Assembly (NCBI GenBank): GCA_052279835.1
Contig: CP181291.1
Span: forward strand, 2,720,001-2,784,000
Direction: 5' to 3'
DNA length: 64,000 nucleotides
DNA from: Microcoleus sp.
GTDB lineage: Bacteria; Cyanobacteriota; Cyanobacteriia; Cyanobacteriales; Microcoleaceae
A program made the translations under genes and the position numbers. The notes beneath the pieces were generated by a model. That model saw only the letters and a list, made by a program, of their open reading frames with translations. It searched no databases and had not been told where the DNA came from. Positions 59,001 to 64,000 of this stretch are shown here, in pieces (position 1 is the stretch's first letter; each line of letters begins with the position of its first letter).

Positions 59001-60184
59001 GGATGAGTAGCCTCAAAAATTACTTCGGCTGTTTCGACAATAATATTCTTGGAAATCGTAGTCTTCGCTTCTATTCCCGTTTTGTTACCATCAGGAATCG
59101 CTTTCATCACATTCTCCAAGTCAGAAGTCACTAAAACTTGCTTACCGACTGGTGTCCAATTAACCGCAGCTTTCACCGCAGCGGTCGCATCAATCGCCCC
59201 AAAGCCTTGTTCGTAACTCACCCAAAATCCTGCTTTATTCTGCTCCCATTTGGGTTTCCCTTCCCCATCTTTGCCATTGAGGTCATTTTTTTGAGCCGTC
59301 TTGGCTAAAATGTGCTGCTCATCGCGCATGGTTAGTTTAGGATTAGCCTCTAGCATCAAAGCAATCGCTCCAGACACTAAAGGCGCAGCCGCAGAAGTTC
59401 CACCAAAATCGTTAGCATAGGGAGATCCATTTTCAAAAATGTCTGTTGTGGTAATCCCTTGTGGGTTATTGGGAGCGCCATTATCGGAGGATGCTGAAAT
59501 GAAAATTGCCGATCCTGGTGTACTGTAAGTGACGTGATTTCCTGCTTTATCGATCGCACCTACAGCGATCGCATTACGGGAACTCGCAAAACTATTATAA
59601 TTGACATTCCCGTTGAAGTTCCCTTCATTGCCACCAGCAAATACATAGGTATTTCCCAGCCCATTTCGACCTTTGGTAACTCCAGTTTGCAAGGCTTGCA
59701 AAGCTAAAGGTTGCCGGCTCATGTATTGAGGGCCCCAACTATTATTGAAAATATCGATCGACTGATTGCGATTAGATTGTCCCGGTTGTGTCTGAGGATC
59801 GAATAAAGCATCAGCAACCTGTTTTCCATCAGGGTCAACCTTATAATTGAGTGGATCGGTGTTACCAAATAGTCGCAGTCCTGCTAATTTCGCTTCAGGA
59901 GCCACACCAACTATACCTTTGCCGTTTTCAGTCGCTGCTGCAATGCCAGCAACAGCAGTTCCGTGAGGGTTAGCAGTTTTAATTTGTAATGTCCAACGTT
60001 TCAAAAGTTCTTGACTAAGTTGGCGCATTTCGTCCGCATCATACTCATCTGGATTGGGATTCTTAATTTCTAGTTGCCAATTCCCACCCGCATAACTCCC
60101 ATAAAATTGATTCAGATTGAAGCTTTGAAAGCTATCTTTGTTAAAATTAATTTTTGCCTTTTGCAAGAATTTCAAATCATCCAT
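56042..60184 (-). CDS. C-terminal part of a giant kexin-like S8 protease: catalytic His/Ser, P-domain, beta-helix, FG-GAP repeats, FN3-like domain
   Basis: HGTAVAG, FAGGN, GGTSAAAP; WKLQVSD P-domain; repeated WGDYDNDGDLD; frame is open upstream (..FDLFYRRASFGTRLWWPG) and joins the next ORF by a 1-nt shift. Confidence 0.88.
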   Translation of the reverse strand: MDDLKFLQKAKINFNKDSFQSFNLNQFYGSYAGGNWQLEIKNPNPDEYDADEMRQLSQELLKRWTLQIKTANPHGTAVAGIAAATENGKGIVGVAPEAKLAGLRLFGNTDPLNYKVDPDGKQVADALFDPQTQPGQSNRNQSIDIFNNSWGPQYMSRQPLALQALQTGVTKGRNGLGNTYVFAGGNEGNFNGNVNYNSFASSRNAIAVGAIDKAGNHVTYSTPGSAIFISASSDNGAPNNPQGITTTDIFENGSPYANDFGGTSAAAPLVSGAIALMLEANPKLTMRDEQHILAKTAQKNDLNGKDGEGKPKWEQNKAGFWVSYEQGFGAIDATAAVKAAVNWTPVGKQVLVTSDLENVMKAIPDGNKTGIEAKTTISKNIIVETAEVIFEATHPDWGDFTVKLIAPDGTESVLANTIPDIQNFNNSDKIVPDSKEWKFISNRHWGELSKGEWKLQVSDNNGNQLKGEWNTWKLNLYGLELDESPNVVTNTKDSGPGSLRAVLNWANSNPGKDTVIFKIPSTDPGYNTSNNAFTIRPLSPLPQITDSAIIDGTTQPGFSNRPVIELDGSNAGIVDGLYISAGNSTVRGLTINRFGVDAIRLIDNGGNIIEGNFIGTDVTGTQDLGNLYSGISILSPNNIIGGKTVKARNIISGNDNVGIYITEATANNNLIQGNYIGSDITGTKDLGNTNNGVAILDAINNTVGGTTIEAGNLIFGNGKNGVFINGSGSTGNAILSNSISGNDLLGIGFGNNGLTVNDLGDADTGINNLQNFPELSSAISSSGNTSIKGKINSTPNTTFRVEFFSNKVLDDSGFGSGGFGNGSFGGGGYGEGEKFLGFQTVTTDGSGNANVEIKLPVAVPIGQFITATATDPNNNTSEFSQGIAIVANPAPTELFTDINANLAGAYYSSANWGDYDNDSDLDILVTGTNGPNSIAKVYRNDGGNFTDINAALQGVKNSSVDWGDYDRDGDLDILLTGLDNTSNPVSNVYRNDGGNFTNISANLPGVWNSSANWGDYDNDGDLDILLTGVTIISGSSVKIAKVYRNDSGSFTDIAANLQGVWQGSTDWGDYDKDGDLDILITGNSDGSSSSEISKIYRNDSGSFTDIGASLTGVSSGDAAWGDYDNDGDLDVLLTGLMANNSSPVAKIYRNDAGSFTEINAGLQGAFYSSVDWGDYDNDGDLDILLTGATPSRISKLYRNDGGSFTDISTNLQGVFGSSVSWGDYDNDSDLDILLVGNPLGVSSGSSKVYRNNIFTLNTAPTPPIGLISLVNGNSVTLNWNPATDTETPQASLTYNLRVGTTPGGSDIMSPMANSNGTRKVVQMGNVNQKTNWTLKNLKPGTYYWSAQAIDNSFKGSTFANEGSFTVLGVGAIGSISISAT

Positions 60185-63100
60185 CCCCGGCCACCATAAT
60201 CTTGTACCAAAAGAAGCACGTCGATAGAAAAGATCGAATCCAGATTCGTTAGGGGACTGTACAGAGATACTTGTAACTCTTCAGGTTTGGGTAAATTAGG
60301 TGGCAGGGATTGACTTAAATCGAAGCTAGCATTTACACCTGTCACCATCCCTGTCAAATTCACAGGCATAGAGAAGGCTATACTACTCCAACCATTTACT
60401 ATTGGTTGTGACAGATTCGCTGTAAAGCTAGTTGTGGATGTGGGCGATGGATCGCTATCTTTATCAGTAAAATCCCAACTCAGATTCCCGTTATACCGAC
60501 TTGTTAAATCTAGGTGGTTGTATTCCAAACCATCATCAACAATCCCAATAGTTACGCCCCTCCCCCGCACTGTTTGAGAACTTGCAGGATTAATTACATC
60601 CCAAGTTGCGGGGACATTCGCATTCTGTAAATTCCACTGATCTTTGTATAAGGTGTCCTTCGGTTCGTACAACAACCTTAAGCTAACGGGCACCTGCGGG
60701 TAAGCATATTCTACTCCTCCGATGGTTGCTAGCTGAGCCGCCACATCTTTCGGAGCAATTTCCTTTGGAAATTCCCAGATAAAAGTGTTGGGAATGTGGC
60801 CAGTATCCCCCTGATTTATCGCACCAATACTAGCTGCTAACTGCTGTGAAGACTGTCCAGGTGTTACCCAAACAACCCACTCCTTGGTTTCTGCTAAAGC
60901 TTCTGGTGGGTAGCTGTCGAGATTTGCAGCACCCACGATCGCCAATCGGACTTCATCAGACAACCCATCTTCACCCGGATCGCTAATCAGCGCAAACTTT
61001 TGACTCGATACTGCACTAGCATTACCTACTTTATCATAGGCGATCGCCGACAATTGATAGCGCCCCGGTGCTAAACTGCTCAAATTATCACTAAAATTGA
61101 ATCTACCAAACCCATCGCTATCACTGGTGAATTGAGTAACATCATTAGCGATTTCAATTTTCTCACCACCTTCTTTTTGGAACCAGAAATCGACTTTAGC
61201 AATATCGCCGACTCCTTGATCGTCAAAAACCTTAGCGCCATTAAAACTAATTTTTTCACCCTTAGTATAGAGGGGTAAAGTTCTAAATTGTAAATCTCTT
61301 GGCGCTGTATTCGTTGGCGTCGGCGTCGGAGTTATTGTCGGAGTTGGTGTTGGTACTGGCGTCGGAGTCGGAGTTATTGTCGGAGTTGGAGTTGGAGTAG
61401 GGATAGCTTCGTTGACAGTCAAGCTTTTTACTACCGTGTTGCTGGTAGCGCCTTCTTTATCGTAGGCGATCGCCTTTACCTCATACTTCCCTACACCCAA
61501 ATCCGGCAAAGAATAGCTAAAATTTCCCCATCCAAGGCCATCAGCCACGAAAGTTTCAGCATTACTAAGCTTAATCAATGCACCGCCTTCCTTTTGCACC
61601 GAAAATTCTACACTTTTCAGGTTATCAACACCATCGGCATCGTAAACTTTACCACCCGTAAAGCTAATGTTGTCTCCCACCGTGTATGTACTTGAAATCT
61701 CAAATTGCAAGTCTTTTGGTGCTGTATTTATTGGTGTTGGTGTTGGTGTAGGAGTTGGTGTTGGTGTCGGTGTTGGTACTGGTGTCGGAGTTGGTGTAAC
61801 GATCGCTTCCTTCACAGTCAAGCTTTTGAGTACCGTATTGCTGGTAGCCCCTTCTTTATCGTAGGCGATCGCCTTTACCTCATACTTCCCTACACCCAAA
61901 TCCGGCAAAGAATAGCTAAAATTTCCCCATCCAAGGCCATCAGCCACGAAAGTTTCAGCATTACTAAGCTTAATCAATGCACCGCCTTCCTTTTGCACCG
62001 AAAATTCTACACTTTTCAGGTTATCAACACCATCAGCATCGTAAACTTTACCACCCGTAAAACTAATTTTGTCTCCCACCGTGTATGTACTTGAAATCTC
62101 AAATTGCAAGTCTTTTGGTGCTGTATTTATTGGTGTTGGAGTTGGTGGTGGAGTTGGTGTTGGTGTCGGTGTTGGTACTGGTGTCGGAGTTGGTGTAACG
62201 ATCGCTTCCTTCACAGTCAAGCTTTTAAGTACCGTATTGCTGGTAGCGCCTTCTTTATCGTAGGCGATCGCCTTTACCTCATACTTCCCTACACCCAAAT
62301 CCGGCAAAGAATAGCTAAAATTTCCCCATCCAAGGCCATCAGTCACGAAAGTTTCAGCATTACTAAGCTTAATCCATGCACCGCCTTCCTTTTGCACCGA
62401 AAATTCTACACTTTTCAGGTTGTCCACACCATCAGCATCGTAAACTTTACCACCCGTAAAACTAATTTTGTCTCCCACCGTGTATGTACTTGAAATCTCA
62501 AATTGCAAGTCTTTTGGTGCTGTATTTATTGGTGTTGGAGTTGGTGGTGGAGTTGGTGTTGGTGTCGGTGTTGGTACTGGTGTCGGAGTTGGAGTTATTG
62601 TCGGTGTCGGCGTTGGAGTTATTGTCGGTGTCGGCGTTGGAGTTATTGTCGGTGTCGGCGTTGGAGTTATTGTCGGAGTTGGTGTTGGGGGAACCACCAC
62701 TTCAGGATTTTTGACTGTAAATTCTTTAGTCGCCGCCGTGCTAGAAGCTCCTGTTTTATCGTAGGCGATCACAGTCAATTGATAATCACCAATTCCTAGG
62801 CTATTGAGCGAGTAGTCAAAACTTGCCAACCCAGCGCTATCGGCTGTAAAATTCACAGCATCATTGCCTAGCTTTTGCCAATTATTCTGATCTTTCTTGA
62901 GCCAAAAACTTACTTGCTTGAGGTCATTAACTCCTTCCGCATCATATACTTTAGCACCAGTCAAACTAACTATATCTTTGGGATTGTAAATATCTTTGAC
63001 ATTGAATTGTAAGGAAGTAGGTGCTGTATTTTTAGGTACTAAATTAACTTGGTCGTTAATGTATTTCACTACCTCTGGCAATTTCGGTCGCCAATCAAGT

Positions 63101-64000
63101 GTAGGCTCGATCACCTGAGCGAGTGCGATCGCCTTTCCTGTCGCATTCGTGATTTCAAAAATCGTATCATTATAATCGCGATCGCTCCCTAAATCCACCC
63201 GTAAATCTTCCATGACAAACACATTGCCCTTTTCATTTACATCGGCTATTTGACCTATATGAAAAGCCTCAGATGGATTAGCTTTAGCCAGTGAAAACAA
63301 AGGACGTTTCGTACTACCGATAGTGGGATTGTTAAACACTTCTTGTACCGTCCCATTCGGAACCAGCATCAGCCCAAATTTATCCCCAGGTCTCATGGTA
63401 AAGAATTGAACACCTTTATATTGTCCAGAATTCTGGTTAGCTTCCCAAGGTAAAACCGCATCAAACTTAGCTCCTTGATTGAAGTCAGAAATTACCACAT
63501 GACCCAAATAGGAATTGCTGATAATTCGCCCACTGGTTTCCTTAATAAACTCTACAGAATCTGGATTAAATGCTCCCAATCCCTCCAAGCTGAAAATCCC
63601 AATTTCACCTTGGTATGTGCCACCATCCAGCAGCAAATCAAAACCCACTTCCCCTGGCGAATGAACATCAAAAAAACCTGATTCAAAAGGTAAACCTGTC
63701 AGAGAATCAATGGTTAGCTTATAATTTGTATCACTCCCTGCTTGTTGAACTTCTAAAGAATAGTTGCCTATTTCTAAATTGCCAAAATTTATGACTTTAG
63801 GAGCGAGGGGGTCTAGTTGCGTTATGGATAAAATCCTATCATTGCTATCTTTTAGTAGCCAGTTTACAGGAGCGCTTAAACCAGAAAATGATATGTTCAG
63901 ATTGCTCGGTTCCGTAATCTTAAATTTATAAGTATCATTGGGGGCTGCAAAGTTAACCGAGTCTTGGTGACTGTATGTATTTTTAAAATTACTAATATCT
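60172..64000 (-). CDS. N-terminal part of the same S8 protease (PPC-like, DUF4114, Ig-like repeats with PT linkers, catalytic Asp); runs off the window edge
   Basis: frame is open to 63999; MEDLRVDLGSDRDYND (DUF4114); GRGVTIGIVDDG catalytic Asp. Confidence 0.85.
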   Translation of the reverse strand, partial: DISNFKNTYSHQDSVNFAAPNDTYKFKITEPSNLNISFSGLSAPVNWLLKDSNDRILSITQLDPLAPKVINFGNLEIGNYSLEVQQAGSDTNYKLTIDSLTGLPFESGFFDVHSPGEVGFDLLLDGGTYQGEIGIFSLEGLGAFNPDSVEFIKETSGRIISNSYLGHVVISDFNQGAKFDAVLPWEANQNSGQYKGVQFFTMRPGDKFGLMLVPNGTVQEVFNNPTIGSTKRPLFSLAKANPSEAFHIGQIADVNEKGNVFVMEDLRVDLGSDRDYNDTIFEITNATGKAIALAQVIEPTLDWRPKLPEVVKYINDQVNLVPKNTAPTSLQFNVKDIYNPKDIVSLTGAKVYDAEGVNDLKQVSFWLKKDQNNWQKLGNDAVNFTADSAGLASFDYSLNSLGIGDYQLTVIAYDKTGASSTAATKEFTVKNPEVVVPPTPTPTITPTPTPTITPTPTPTITPTPTPTITPTPTPVPTPTPTPTPPPTPTPINTAPKDLQFEISSTYTVGDKISFTGGKVYDADGVDNLKSVEFSVQKEGGAWIKLSNAETFVTDGLGWGNFSYSLPDLGVGKYEVKAIAYDKEGATSNTVLKSLTVKEAIVTPTPTPVPTPTPTPTPPPTPTPINTAPKDLQFEISSTYTVGDKISFTGGKVYDADGVDNLKSVEFSVQKEGGALIKLSNAETFVADGLGWGNFSYSLPDLGVGKYEVKAIAYDKEGATSNTVLKSLTVKEAIVTPTPTPVPTPTPTPTPTPTPTPINTAPKDLQFEISSTYTVGDNISFTGGKVYDADGVDNLKSVEFSVQKEGGALIKLSNAETFVADGLGWGNFSYSLPDLGVGKYEVKAIAYDKEGATSNTVVKSLTVNEAIPTPTPTPTITPTPTPVPTPTPTITPTPTPTNTAPRDLQFRTLPLYTKGEKISFNGAKVFDDQGVGDIAKVDFWFQKEGGEKIEIANDVTQFTSDSDGFGRFNFSDNLSSLAPGRYQLSAIAYDKVGNASAVSSQKFALISDPGEDGLSDEVRLAIVGAANLDSYPPEALAETKEWVVWVTPGQSSQQLAASIGAINQGDTGHIPNTFIWEFPKEIAPKDVAAQLATIGGVEYAYPQVPVSLRLLYEPKDTLYKDQWNLQNANVPATWDVINPASSQTVRGRGVTIGIVDDGLEYNHLDLTSRYNGNLSWDFTDKDSDPSPTSTTSFTANLSQPIVNGWSSIAFSMPVNLTGMVTGVNASFDLSQSLPPNLPKPEELQVSLYSPLTNLDSIFSIDVLLLVQDYGGRGWMI
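61385..62530 (-). repeat. three near-identical coding units with ~399-bp period, separated by Pro-Thr linkers
   Basis: NTAPKDLQFEISSTYTVGD..SLTV occurs three times with only a few substitutions. Confidence 0.9.

Noticed and set aside
61667..62799. Cys/Trp-rich and GV-repeat plus-strand ORFs
   Set aside because: Antisense readings of the Pro-Thr linkers

Overview
Chromosomal window from a filamentous cyanobacterium (Oscillatoriales/Microcoleus-like, inferred from chlB, cyAbrB, Ycf46, GUN4 and frequent HIP1 GCGATCGC). Core genes: chlB, queC, pyrR, cbiB/cobD, Rrf2, cyAbrB, an ABC exporter, a hybrid Ser/Thr-His kinase and three tRNAs. Five accessory blocks stand out. (1) A URC-type uracil-catabolism operon (URC1-like cyclohydrolase, URC4/DUF1688) with an AT-rich tandem class III nucleotide cyclase gene inserted and translationally coupled, divergent from a cytosine deaminase. 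(2) A signal-peptide PD-(D/E)XK nuclease followed by an acidic partner (toxin/immunity-like). (3) A decaying toxin-antitoxin island containing an IS630 inserted in hicB. (4) A ~14 kb module of sigma-70-like factor, DUF1822, CHAT-CHASE2, DUF928, exported TPR-CHAT and a two-partner secretion pair, which looks like a protease-gated trans-envelope signalling cascade. (5) A giant kexin-like S8 surface protease split by a frameshift. Also present are a solo tnpB element and several miniature palindromic element families, one copy of which sits in frame inside a gene. All family calls are by-eye motif recognition; no searches were run.
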